Of a stretch of 64,000 nucleotides of DNA, positions 14,886-26,398 are shown one piece after another (within the stretch, counting starts at the first letter, position 1; every line of letters begins with the position of its first letter). The stretch is from contig CAYYDE010000001.1 in the NCBI GenBank assembly GCA_964470525.1, positions 128,447 to 192,446 on the forward strand. The letters are read 5' to 3'. Position numbers and translations under genes: made by a program. The notes under the pieces were generated by a model. It was not told where the DNA came from, did not search any database, and was given only the letters and a program-made list of their open reading frames with translations. Source of the DNA: an uncultured Candidatus Peribacteria bacterium (lineage in GTDB: Bacteria; Patescibacteriota; Gracilibacteria; BD1-5; UBA6164).

Positions 14886-15907
14886 CAAACATTCCTTACA
14901 AATCTAAAACTTCTCTCCAAACTCTCTTCCAAAGAAATTTGAGTTTTCCATCAAAATTCTCTATACGCTTTTTCAGGATTACAAAAGACTTTTGCAAGAT
15001 CTCCATCCCTACGAGGAAATATTTTATATAGAATCTCCTTTCAAACTACTTTTTGAGTAGCTTGAATCATTTCTAGAACAGACACTCATGTTCAAGTTCA
15101 TAAATTATAACTCTTAAAAAAACCTTTTTCTTGAGAAAAATTTCATTTTTCATACGCTCTCACATGTCCATCCACCAAATCACTCACATCGATATAATCT
15201 CTCACTCAAGTCCCATCTTTTGTTTCATAATCATCTCCAAACACTTTCACATATTCATATTCTCCTGTCACAACCCTCATAATATAAGGCAACAAATTAT
15301 TCGGAATTCAAACAGGATTTTCTCATAAATATCAAGAAATATGAGCTCAAATAGGATTAAAATATCTCAGATTTATCACCTGAAATCCAGAAAATTTTGA
15401 AAGATCTTTTAAAATATTTTCAAGTAAAAATTTGGTTGTTCCATATGGATTTGTTGTATTTCAAACTCTATTTATTTCCCTAATTCAAGACTTTTCCCCA
15501 TCTATAAAATCAGAATCATATACTGTTGCACTACTTGAAAAAATAATTTTCTTCACTCAAAATTCATTCATAATTTCAAAAAGTTTCAAACTTCAAACAA
15601 TATTATTATCAAAGTATTCAAAAGGTTTTTGAGTACTTTCTCATACTGCTTTAAGTCAAGCAAAATGAATCACACCATCAAAATTATATTTTGAAAAAAT
15701 TTCCTTTAAAAAATCCCTATCACGTAAATCTCACTCAAAAAAATCAGGAATATATCAAATTATTTTTTCTATTCCTTGAAGTACTCAAACAGAAGAATTT
15801 ACTAAATTATCAACAATAACTGTTTTATAACCTGCTTGTTCAAAAGCCACAACTGCGTGACTTCAAATATATCAAGTTCAACCTGTTATTAAAATTGTTT
15901 TTTTCAT
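14873..15907 (-). CDS. galE: UDP-glucose 4-epimerase
   Basis: ATG 15907, TAA 14873-14875 (344 aa). Rossmann ILITGGTGYIGSH, and catalytic SSSATVYD and YGTTK. The tail reads through two TGA codons and overlaps the next start. Confidence 0.92.
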
Positions 15908-15912
15908 AATAC

Positions 15913-16929
15913 TTATTTAAAAAATTTATTCCAAATCATAGTAAATGCTATAGAAAGTGCATTTGTAGAAGTTTGTCATTTTCCTTTTGAATACTCAGAA
16001 TATTCTATTGTAACAGGAACCTCTTTAAATTTCATATTATTATTTGAAATAATATCAATAATTTCAGAGGCATGTCACATTCCATCAATAGTGATTTTAA
16101 TAATATAAAGACTATTTTTTCTTAAAATTCTAAATCCATTATGAGTATCTGAAAGCTTAATATTACTAATAAAAAACGTAAACAAAATCCCTAATTTCAA
16201 AACAAGCTTTCTAGAAAATGAAATATTTTTTGCATCTCACTGAAAACGAGATCATAAATACACATCAATATCATCTTGAAAAGCTTCTTCAAACTTCATA
16301 ATATCTTCAAGTTTATGCTGTCCATCACTATCAAAAGTGATCACAAATTCAACATCACAAAATTTTCTAACATATTCAAATCAAGTTTCTAAGGCTGCTC
16401 ATTGTCCTCTATTTTTAAAATGTTCTAAATATATTATATCATTTCCAAATCTTATGAGTTCTTCAGCAGTATTATCTTGAGAACCATCATTGATCACTAT
16501 AATATTTTTATATTTTTCTAAAATTTGTTTAATATTTTTATAAATAACTTTTCATTCATTATAAGCTGGAATAATAAAAACATATTTTCCTTTTAATATT
16601 TTTTTTCATGAATGATACAGAGCTAACTCTCTCACCAATTTTGTAAAATCTGCTCTATTTTCTTCTATTTTATTAAGTAAAAGCAGAGAAAAATAAATCA
16701 AAAAAATGATTGCACAATAGACTAATAAATCAGCTCATCTTTGTAAACCAAACAATCGTCCAAGTGCATTAAGAATTTCTGGGAAAAAGGTAAAAACAAA
16801 CAACCCCATACCTATTGATAAAAACACAATAAAATGCAATGCATTGAATTTTTGTCTTTTTGCAATATCAAAAGAAATAAGAAAAATAATCAATCAAGAA
16901 ATAATGAAAAAAATCTCAAGGAGTGTCAT
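15913..16929 (-). CDS. Fusion of a DUF2304-like small membrane module with a GT2 (polyprenyl-phosphate glycosyltransferase-like) domain
   Basis: ATG 16929, TAA 15913-15915 (338 aa). The N-terminal ~100 aa are hydrophobic (LLEIFFIISGLIIFLISFDIAKRQKF...). They are followed by YVFIIPAYNEG, VINDGSQDNT and FDSDGQH. Confidence 0.8.
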
Positions 16930-16985
16930 GAAAAAAAGATAATTTTTAAACTAATTTTATTATACAAAATAGAACCATTTGTCAA

Positions 16986-17013
16986 AGAAAAAAATTAAGT
17001 CATTTTTTGACTT
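16986..17013 (-). terminator. Hairpin overlapping the recG stop, followed by a T-run on the - strand
   Basis: aagtca / tgactt stem, then aattttttt on the minus strand. Confidence 0.4.
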
Positions 17014-19007
17014 CAAAAAACAAATTCTTCAATATCTTCACGAATTTGTGAAACAAGTTCTAAATCTGTAATATCTGCAACTTTAAATTCAGGAACTCAA
17101 CTTTGTTTTACTCCATATACCTCCCCAGGTCATCTTAACTCCAAATCAATTTCTGAAAGTTCAAATCCATTATTTGTTTTTTCCATTGCTCTCAATCTCT
17201 CAGTTGCAGATCAAGAGGTGGGAAAAAGGTAACAATATGATTGATGTTTTCATCTTCAGACTCTCCCACGAAATTGATGAAGCTGTGAAAGTCAAAATCT
17301 TTCTGCTCACTCAATACACATAATCGTTGCATTTGGAATATTTACTCAAACTTCTACTACAGATGTACTTGAAAGTATCTGAATTTCATTTCGCGCAAAT
17401 TGTTGCATAATAGCATCTTTTTCACGAGCTTTCATTTTTCCATGAAGGAGTCAAACTTGAAATGGAGAAAAAATATCAACCAATGATTCATATGTTTGAA
17501 TTGCATTTGCAAGATCCATTTTTTCAGATTCTTCAACCAAAGGACTAATCCAAAAAACCTGTCTTCAAGATACTAATTGTGTTTGCACAAAAAGTTCAAC
17601 TTCTTGCCTTTGTTCAGGAGAATGAATAACTTTTGTATGAATTGATTTTCTCTCTTTTGGATATTCTGAAATAATAGAGAGATCCTGATCTCAATAGAGT
17701 GTTAAAGCTAAAGTTCTTGGAATCGGTGTTGCAGTCATATTCAGATTATGCGGAATATTTGCTCCAGACATATATTTTTCCAAGATTTCCCTTTGTTTTA
17801 CTCAAAATCTATGTTGTTCATCAATAATTACATACACAAGATTTTTAAAATGAACATCATCTTGTATCAAAGCATGAGTCCCTATTATTACATCAATATT
17901 TCCAGTTTTTAGTTTTTGTTTTATAGCTTCTTTATTTTTTGCTGTTGTACTTCATACAAGAAGTTCTGAACTCAACCCATAACGAAAAAACATATCAAAC
18001 AATCATTCAAAATGTTGGCGTGCCAAAATCTCTGTTGGAGCCATAATAGCGACTTGTCCAGAAATTGCATTTTTCTTCAATTCCAAGAGAGTATGAATCA
18101 CAGAAATCGCTGCTATAATAGTTTTTCCCGTCCCAACATCTCATTCTAAAAGTCGTTGCATAGAATGATTTTTTTCCATATCTTTGAGAATTTGGAAAAG
18201 TGATATTTTTTGACCATTGGTGAGTTCAAATGGGAGTGTTGTAAGTAACTCTTTCACGAATTCAGTATTTAATGGTATAGCAAAACTTTTTCCAGTAGAA
18301 TCATGAAATATTTGATGTTTTTTAGAAAGAGTTCCATAGTGAATTTGATATAATTCCTCATAAGCAAGTCTCTGTTTTGCTCCTTGTATTTCTGTATTTG
18401 TAAGAGGAAAGTGGATATATTGAAGAGCTTGTGACTTTGAAATAAAATGATATTTTTGAAGAATTTTTTCTGGCAGTGTTTCAGAAAAATACTGACAATA
18501 CGGTTGTAAAAATTTCATTTTTGAAGCAAACCAACTTCATGGAATATAGTTGATATCACTATAAACTGGAACTATTTCTCCTCATAATTTTGAGAGATCA
18601 GTTTCTACTTCAGGTGATACAAAAGAAAGTTTTCCATAATCATATTTCACTTTTCCTATTAAAATAAGCTTTTTCCCTACATATTTTTTTAATGTATCTC
18701 AAACAAATTTCCTATTAAACCAAACTGCTTCACTTAAAAATCCATTTTTATCTTCTATAACTGCTTTTGTAAGAATTTTTCCTCATGATGTTCTACTATT
18801 CTCTACTGAAACTAATTGTACCAAGAGAGTATTTTTTTCCTTAATATTCACATATGAAAATGTATCAAATACTTTTGTCCTATCTTCATAATCTTTTGGA
18901 TACAATCAAAGCATATCTCCAACTGTGAGAATTCAGGCTTTTTGCAATGATTTTATATATGTATCTGTTGTGTGTAAAAGATGTTTTGTAAGAGGCGTTT
19001 GAAGCAT
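16995..19007 (-). CDS. recG: ATP-dependent DNA helicase RecG
   Basis: ATG 19007, TAA 16995-16997 (670 aa). Motif I GDVGTGKT (first G is TGA), DEQHRFG and [12 protein letters not shown]. Fragment 18141-18518 is in the same frame. Confidence 0.92.
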
Positions 19008-19122
19008 ACAAAAAACTTAATAATATTGATATAATTATACACATTTTATCAATATATCAATTTTAAATTTGAATTTTTTTATAAAATCATACAATATTCT
19101 CAATATTTTTTATACATTTTAT

Positions 19123-19674
19123 ATGATATTTATTATTCCTACTGATACATGTTTTGGTATTTGATGTTCTATTGATGATATCAAAAGCTACCATAAAATT
19201 TATCAGATAAAAAAAAGAGAGCTTTCAAAACCTCTTGCAATTATGGTAAAAGATTTTGATTGGTTAGAGCAAAATACTATTCTTTCAGAAGAACAAATCC
19301 ATTTTTTACAATCATATCCAAGATGATTTACTATTCTCACCCAATCTCCTCGATTAAAAATGATTTTTGAACTGGAACAACCAGATTTTGAATACAAAAA
19401 TAAAGAATTCTATGAAAAATTTGCATTTCGAGTAGCACATAATGATTTCCAAAAAAAACTTATTGAAGACGTCTGACCTATTTTTCTTACAAGTGCAAAC
19501 TTTTCATGAGAAAAAGAAATTTATAATACCAAAGAAGCTCAAGAACAATTTAAATTTTTTTCAAAAGAAATTACCTATATTCCAGAAAATCACACTCTTA
19601 CCATTGAACCTCCTTCTGATATATTTGAATTTATTGAAGATTCATTAGAATTAAGATATATCAGGAAATCATAA
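19123..19674 (+). CDS. tsaC: L-threonylcarbamoyladenylate synthase (YrdC/Sua5 domain)
   Basis: ATG 19123, TAA 19672-19674 (183 aa). Motifs IIPTDTCFGIGC, KKRELSKPLAIMV and FLTSANFSG. Confidence 0.8.
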
Positions 19675-19703
19675 AAACAACTCTTTTTCAAGAGTTGTTT
19701 TTT
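19674..19703. terminator. Bidirectional hairpin terminator
   Basis: acaactctt / aagagttgt stem with loop tttc, and flanking A/T runs. Confidence 0.7.
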
Positions 19704-20910
19704 AATCTATTTTACGACTTACACGTACACTTTTTTTCAATTGATCTTTCGTAGAATCACTCACTTCATTCATATCTTGTAAAGTTTGTCTTGAACGAGT
19801 AATTAAACGATCAGCATCACGAAAAAGCTCCATCAAAAGATAAAAACTACTAATTCAAATAATCAACCCTGCAAATCCCATAAGATGTTCGGAAATAATC
19901 AATATTAAAAATGTCAAACTCACAGGAATTCTTACAAAAGAAGATACAATTTTTGGATTCAAATAATATGCTTCAACAGCATGTATAAAAGTAATAAGAA
20001 AAATAATTTCCACAACAATTGTCCATCATCCATATGTTGAAAATCCTATTACCAAAATTGGAAAACTTGAAATAAATGTTCCTAATACAGGAATAAATCC
20101 ACACAAAAATACAATAATAGCTAATGTGTAAATAAATGGGAATGAAGCTCAATGAATAGATCAAATAATCAACAATCCAAGTGTAGTCAATATAGCATTA
20201 GTGAGTGCTATCACACTTTGAGCCTTAAACACAAGACCAAAAGTTCTTGTAATTTTTTCAAAAATTATTTTGTATTCATCATAAAAAAAACGAAAATTTG
20301 AATTTTTAATTCCTGTAAGATATTCACTCAACTTATCTCTATCAACAATAAAAATATAACTTAATATCAAAGAAATAAGAATTTTTACAAACACTACTCC
20401 AGCAGTTTTTAATCTTTCAAAAACTTCTAAAATAAGGTCTAAATCTTGTTTTGTAATAATATCATTGATAGTTCCTCAAATCTGTGTATTCAAATTTCTA
20501 ATTTCTTCTAATTTACTTGTAATTAAAGCAATTTGATCAGAAAAAGCTGGAATATATTTCGCAAAATCTCTCAAGTCTTTCGTAATTTGAGGAATTAAAT
20601 CAATCATTGCATAAAAAAGAATTCCTATAAATGCAAGATATAAAAATACAATAATAATATTTAATCCAATCAGTTTTTTAAAAACTTCTTGAGATCTTTT
20701 GTTACGAATAACTTTTGGAATAAAATCATCTATTTTTTCCTTCAAAAAATTTCAAAATGTTAAAAACAAATATGAAAAAATAAATGTTAAGAAAAAAATA
20801 AATAAAAAATTATGAAATAAAAAAGCAAATACAATCAATCAAACATATGCAATCAATTTCTGCACAAATATTTTATTAAAAATAAGTTTGAGAAGTTTTT
20901 TAAAGTTCAT
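19702..20910 (-). CDS. AI-2E family (UPF0118/PerM-like) membrane transporter
   Basis: ATG 20910, TAA 19702-19704 (402 aa). Fragments 20476-20745 and 20161-20394 join through TGA. Multi-pass protein with GFIPVLGTFISSFP. Confidence 0.8.
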
Positions 20911-20975
20911 AAAAGAAAATTTTAGTAAAATAACAAGAATCACTATATTTATTTTTTAGAAAAAATAAATACTTT

Positions 20976-23084
20976 TTACCTTTTTTCCACAAAAGAAAAA
21001 TTCAGTCTCCTTCTCTCCATTTCAATAGTATCAATTTTTATCTCTATTTGTTCTCACACTTGAAGTGAAAATTTATTTTGAAATACCACTTTCAAATGAG
21101 CCTCATCAAAATTAAAACTTGAAAATTTTTGACCTTTCATCACATCTTCAAAACTCACAAATCCTTCTGCAGTATTCTCTAATTCTACAAAAAATCAAGC
21201 TGAAATCATTCCAGAAATTGTTCCATTAAATTGTTGTCCAATTTTATCTTGATAATACTTACAAATCATCAAGTCACGAATTGTATATTCAAGTTTTTCA
21301 GATTTTCTTTCTGTCTCTGAAGTATGTTTTGCTACTTTTGGTAAATGATAATCATAAAAATTTCTTTGTGCTGGAAGCATCTTATTATGAATTTGATCTT
21401 TAATAATTCTGTGAATTTGTAAATCTGGATAACGACGAATCGGAGAAGTAAAATGACTATAAAACTCAAGTCACAAACCAAAATGTCATTCATTTTTTTC
21501 ACTATAAATAGCTTTTTCCAAACTTCTTAAAATCAGTTTAGAAAGCAGTTTTTCTTTGGGAGAATTTTTTATTTCTTCAAGTACTTGAGAAATTACTTTT
21601 GGAGTGATTTTTTTATACGGCAAGACTATTCCAAAAATTGCAAGTGTTGAGCGAAGTTTTTCTATATCATCATCTGCTGGAGTTGGATGAATACGGTATA
21701 AAAATGGAAGTTTTGAAAATAATTCTCACACACTTTCATTTGCTAAAACCATACATTCTTCAATAATTTTCATAGAATTATATCTTTCATATTTCACTAT
21801 TTCAACAGGAAATCTTTTTTCATCCAAAATAATTTTTGTTTCAGGAAAATCAAAATCTAAAATTCAAGTTTTTTGTTTACGTTTTGATACAAGCTCTCTG
21901 AGTTCTTCAAGATCTTTCACAGCTGAAAAAAGTTCTGAAGAAATAATTCAATCAAACATTAATTCGTTTCAAATAGACTTTTTCCCATCAACTATTTCTT
22001 GTACTTCTTTATAAGTCAAGCGAGCATCTGAAATAATAACTGATTCATAAACTTTTTTCCCAATCACATTTCATTCACTATCTAGAAACATCTCACAACT
22101 CAAAGTAAGTTTTTTGGTATTTGGATTCAGACTACACAAATCATTGGAAAGTTTTTCTGGTAACATCGGAATAACTCTATCAACCAAATATGTTGAATTC
22201 CCTCTTTTGAGCGCTTCTTTATCAAGTTCACTTCACTCTTTTACATATTCTGCCACATCAGCAATTGAGACAATGAGACGATACAAAGCTTTTTCACAAT
22301 TTGGTGGAATATTTTTAGATTTTTTTGTAAGTTTTTCTATACTAATGGCATCATCTAAATCTTTTGCGTCTTCTCCATCAATCGTAAACGTCAAAGTTTG
22401 AGTCAAGTCAACCCTCTCCTTTGGTTCTTCAAAAGTAAGCTTTGAGGCTTCTTCCAATACTCAAAAAGGAAATTTGATGCGAGCTCATCCTTCAAGAGCT
22501 AAAGCCATAATATCCACTCATTGAGATGTTTCATCTCAGAGTATTTCAAAAATACTTCATTCAGGATTTTTTCATTCCCAACGAGTAATTTTTATAGCAA
22601 CTTTATCTCAATTTTTTACTTGATTTTTATATTTTCAAAGTTTTTTACTACTGATAAAAACATCTTTTTTAAAAGCTGGATTATCCAAGATTACAAAAGC
22701 AAAATCTTTCACAAATTCTATTTTTCCCACCAAAATTCTATCTGCTCTTTTTATGATATTAGTAACAACTGCTTCTTTTCTACGATTAAATACTTTCACA
22801 TATGCTTCTACTTCATCTCCATCAAGTGCTCCATTGAGATTTTTTGGATACACAAAATATCATTTTTCTTTTCATTCTACATCAATAAAACCAAAATCAT
22901 TTTGGCTTGATTGAGAATATTTTCAAACTATTTTTTCAAGATTTGAAATATCCTCTTCACTTTTTGAATAATTTTTAATTCTTGGATTTTTTGCTTTTGT
23001 AGAATTTTCAAATTTTCTTGGATGTTTAGAAAAATTTTTTCATCCTTTTTTTTCTCAAAAATGTGATGGTTTTCTTGTTTTCAA
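20976..23084 (-). CDS. rnr: Ribonuclease R
   Basis: Fragments 22635-22853, 22233-22457 and 21195-21380 share one frame. Cold-shock-like [13 protein letters not shown] core [19 protein letters not shown] and a C-terminal S1 domain are present. Stop is TAA 20976-20978. There is no in-frame ATG between stop TAG 23112-23114 and the cold-shock domain, so I propose TTG 23084 as the start. The start is uncertain. Confidence 0.82.
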
Positions 23085-23179
23085 AATATTCTTATTAGTG
23101 ATAATTTTTTTCTATTGTATGATTTTTTGAAGAAATAGCAATAAAAAACACAGTCTAAGACTGTGTTTTCAAAATCATC

Positions 23180-23266
23180 TGGTGCCTCGAGCGAGAATCG
23201 AACTCGCACTCCGATGAAGGAATGGGATTTTGAGTCCCACGTGTCTACCAATTCCACCATCGAGGC
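23180..23266 (-). tRNA. tRNA-Leu (anticodon CAA), class II, CCA encoded
   Basis: Minus strand GCCTCGATGGTGGAATTGGTAGACACGTGGGACTCAAAATCCCATTCCTTCATCGGAGTGCGAGTTCGATTCTCGCTCGAGGCACCA. It has a 7-bp acceptor stem, anticodon loop CTCAAAA, a long variable arm and a GTTCGATTC T-loop. Confidence 0.92.
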
Positions 23267-23288
23267 AAAACGCTTATTGATTATAAAG

Positions 23289-23323
23289 AAAAGTGAAAAA
23301 AATCAAATTTATTTTTCACTTTT
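23289..23323. terminator. Long A/T-flanked hairpin at the end of the small-protein operon
   Basis: aaaagtgaaaaa / tttttcactttt stem with an 11-nt loop. It overlaps the stop at 23309. Confidence 0.4.
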
Positions 23324-23869
23324 CTTTTCAGAATGTGTTATGAAAATATCTTGAATAAGGTATGTATTATCTTTTTTCAAAAATGAAATTTCTACATAAT
23401 ATCAAAGATATTCTTTTTCATCCTGAATCATTATTCAAAAACAATCCCCATAACGTTCATCAAGAAGAGATGAAAAATAATTTTTCAACATACTTCATAA
23501 ACTGAGTTTTCACTCCATATCTAATTGCATACGAAATTTCATCACCCCATATTTTTCAATATTTGGTTGAAATAATTGCACAATACTTTGTTGCATTGTA
23601 TAAAATTTATACATTTGTCTTTCTTTTTCTCAAGAAGAGAGATTTGAATATTTTTTTTCAATAACAGCTAATATTCCTCATTGACTTTGAATGAGAAAAT
23701 TTTCCATCTCAGACAACATATTTTCCTGAAAAGAAGTTCATGCTTGCACTGGAGATATTCAATTTCATAAAATAATAGCAATACTCAATCAACATGCTTG
23801 AAGTGTTTTTGCAATTTTATCTTTTCAAGTTGATATATGCATTTTTTCTGATGATGTTATTTTGTCCAT
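23309..23869 (-). CDS. Hypothetical protein (186 aa)
   Basis: ATG 23869, TAA 23309-23311, open only with UGA=Gly. MDKITSSEKMHISTGKDKIAK... No motif recognised. Confidence 0.5.
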
Positions 23870-23872
23870 ATA

Positions 23873-24151
23873 TTATAAATTATCAAACAAATTTTCTATT
23901 TCTTGTGAGAGATTTTTTTTCTCTGTAAGTTCATCAATATTTTTTTGTTTTTGTTTTACATATTGAAGCAGATTTTGAGAAGATTTTTGTTGTTTTTTGT
24001 CATATTCTAAAATCACTCTCATAAATGCATCTCTATTTTCATCCTTCATTCAAATGAGTTTTTGATAGATTTGTTGTTTTTGTATATCTGACATTTCAAA
24101 CCATTCAGACAATCTTTCAATTATAACAATAGATATTTCTGTTTTTTTCAT
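23873..24151 (-). CDS. Hypothetical small protein (92 aa), charged/coiled
   Basis: ATG 24151, TAA 23873-23875. MKKTEISIVIIERLSEWFEMSDIQKQQIYQKL... The stop lies 3 nt before the next start. Confidence 0.5.
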
Positions 24152-24156
24152 ATTCT

Positions 24157-24723
24157 TTAAATACTATTAAGTTTTTCTCTATACTGATGTATCGCATCTA
24201 CAGCATTTCAAACCAAAGTTGTCTTCTCTTTCACTGGAGTAAAAGCATCAACATTTTCTTCTGTTCTTGGAAGTGACCCATTTTGCAAAGCAACACGTAT
24301 TCCAGTTGCTTCTTTCAGTCATCAAATAAAGTTTTTTACATCCAATGTAGACTCTACATTTTGTAGAAATTCTAAAAGATTTGCATTTGACTCTTCTTGA
24401 AACTCAGAAATTTTTGTATGAAGATTTTGTTGTAAAACTTGTATTTCTCTATCAAAATCTTGCTCTGTAACTTTTTTTGCATCTTTGTAAGTTTCTGTTT
24501 TATCAATATCAGATCAAGCAATCAATATTTCTTTATCTACATTTCTTATAAATACATGCAATTTTTCCTCAATTTGATCTACAACAGCTCTTACTTCATT
24601 ATATACTTGAATACTGTTATTTCAATTTTGGAGTTGTGAAAACAATTTTTCTCTGTTGAGATATAATTCATCTTCTTGATTTGCTCTTTCATAAATAGAA
24701 AATGATTCATTTTGATGTCCCAT
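24157..24723 (-). CDS. Hypothetical coiled-coil protein (188 aa)
   Basis: ATG 24723, TAA 24157-24159. MGHQNESFSIYERANQEDELYLNREKLFSQLQNG... It is the first gene of a three-gene minus-strand operon. Confidence 0.55.
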
Positions 24724-24852
24724 ATATTTTTAAATTATATAATACATCTCTATTAAATCATACTTTTCAAAAAAAATCAAATTTCATATATTTTCTGTTT
24801 GATTTTTGATTTTTGTGTTTATAATATCCATAATATTTGCTAAAAAAATAAT

Positions 24853-26169
24853 ATGTACGTTTGTAACAGTTGTGGAAATGAAAGTATAAAATGGGCTGGT
24901 CAATGCAGTTTTTGTAAAGAATGGAATACTTTAACTGAATTTAAAGAGTCTAAAATAAAAAAATGAAGTATAAATGGAATAAAACAACCACTTTCTCAAC
25001 TTGGAGATACAACTGAATCACAAATCACAAAACATCCTACAACTTCTTGAGAACTCAATCAACTTTTATGATGATGAATTACTCAATGAAGTGTAATATT
25101 ATTATCATGAGAGCCTGGAATTGGAAAATCAACTCTTTCTTTGCAACTTGCAAACTGGTATAATGGAAATATTATTTATGTTTCATGAGAAGAAACCCAG
25201 CATCAAATTTCAGACAGAGCAAAAAGACTCCAAATTTGAGGAAAAAATATATCTCTTTTATCAGAATCAAATTTAGAAAATATTTTACAAACACTTTCTT
25301 GAGAAAATCCAGATCTTGTGATTTTAGATTCTATTTCTGTCATGAGTTCAGAAAATATCAATACTGGAGCAGGAAGTTTATCTCAAGTGAAAGAAATTGC
25401 TGAAAAAATAGTTCAATATGCCAAACAAAATAATGTTACTGTAATTATTATTGGACATATTACAAAAGACTGAAATCTTGCTGGACCAAAAACCCTTGAA
25501 CATTTGGTAGATACTGTATTATTCTTTGAAGGAGAAAGATATGAAGATATCAGACTTTTGCGCAGTTTAAAAAATAGATTTGGTTCGACATGAGAAATTG
25601 CGTTATTTAAAATGACCGAAACAGGATTACAAGATTTAAAAGATCCTTGACTTGAATTTATTTCTAAAGAAAACGATGATAAAACAATTGGATCATCACT
25701 CAGTATTACTATTGAATGAAATCGTCCTATTGTTGTAGAAATTGAAAGTCTTACCACCTATACAAAATTTGGATATCCAAAAAGAAGTGCAAGAGGAATT
25801 GCAACTCAAAAACTTGATCTCATTTTGGCTGTTTTATCAAAATATGGAAAAATAAGCCTTGAAAGTTATGATGTGTATGCAAATGTTGTAAGAGGAATAA
25901 AAGTAGCAGAACCTGGTATTGATTTGAGTATTTGAGCAAGTATCATTTCTTCAAAAATGAATAAAGCAATTCCAAGAAATACTATTTTTCTATGAGAAAT
26001 TTCGCTTACTTGAAGAATTAAAACATGTTTTCAAATAGAAAAACGTATCAAAGAAGCTATCAAACTTTGATTTAAAACACTCTATATTCCTGATATTGAT
26101 GTTCCAGAATCTCTTTGAGTTCTTTGTATAAAAATCAAAGATATTGGAGAGCTCGTGAATAAAATATAA
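24853..26169 (+). CDS. radA: DNA repair protein RadA/Sms
   Basis: ATG 24853, TAA 26167-26169 (438 aa). Zinc ribbon [18 protein letters not shown], Walker [13 protein letters not shown] (G at 25108-25110 is TGA), LKNRFGST and a Lon-like C-terminal domain. Confidence 0.93.
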
Positions 26170-26364
26170 ATTTTGAATTTGAGTAGAAAAATATCAAATA
26201 ATAAAGGATATATAAGAAATTTTGAATATATGTTGATGAAACTTCGTGCAACCGAAAAAATTTGGCATGAAAATCCAGGAAATCATAATCAATTTCATTT
26301 TTTCTTTTGATTACAGCAAAAAAAATCAATAGAAGTTTTTGTGAATAATTTAGAATTAATAATA

Positions 26365-26396
26365 TAAAAAATCGTACTTTTTAGTACGATTTTTTA
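26365..26396. terminator. Bidirectional hairpin terminator (radA / ugd)
   Basis: atcgtac / gtacgat stem flanked by an A-run and a T-run. Confidence 0.7.
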
Positions 26397-26398
26397 TA

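Noticed and set aside
25413-25757. 114-aa minus-strand ORF from the track.
   Set aside because: It lies entirely antisense to radA, whose + strand reading gives Walker A, KNRFG and Lon-like motifs. The antisense product is Ser/Ile/Leu-rich with no motif.
26230-26370. 45-codon + strand ORF (MLMKLRATEKIWHENPGNHNQFHFFFGLQQKK...) in the radA-ugd spacer.
   Set aside because: It is short, has no recognisable motif or convincing ribosome-binding site, and ends inside the bidirectional terminator. It cannot be supported from sequence alone.
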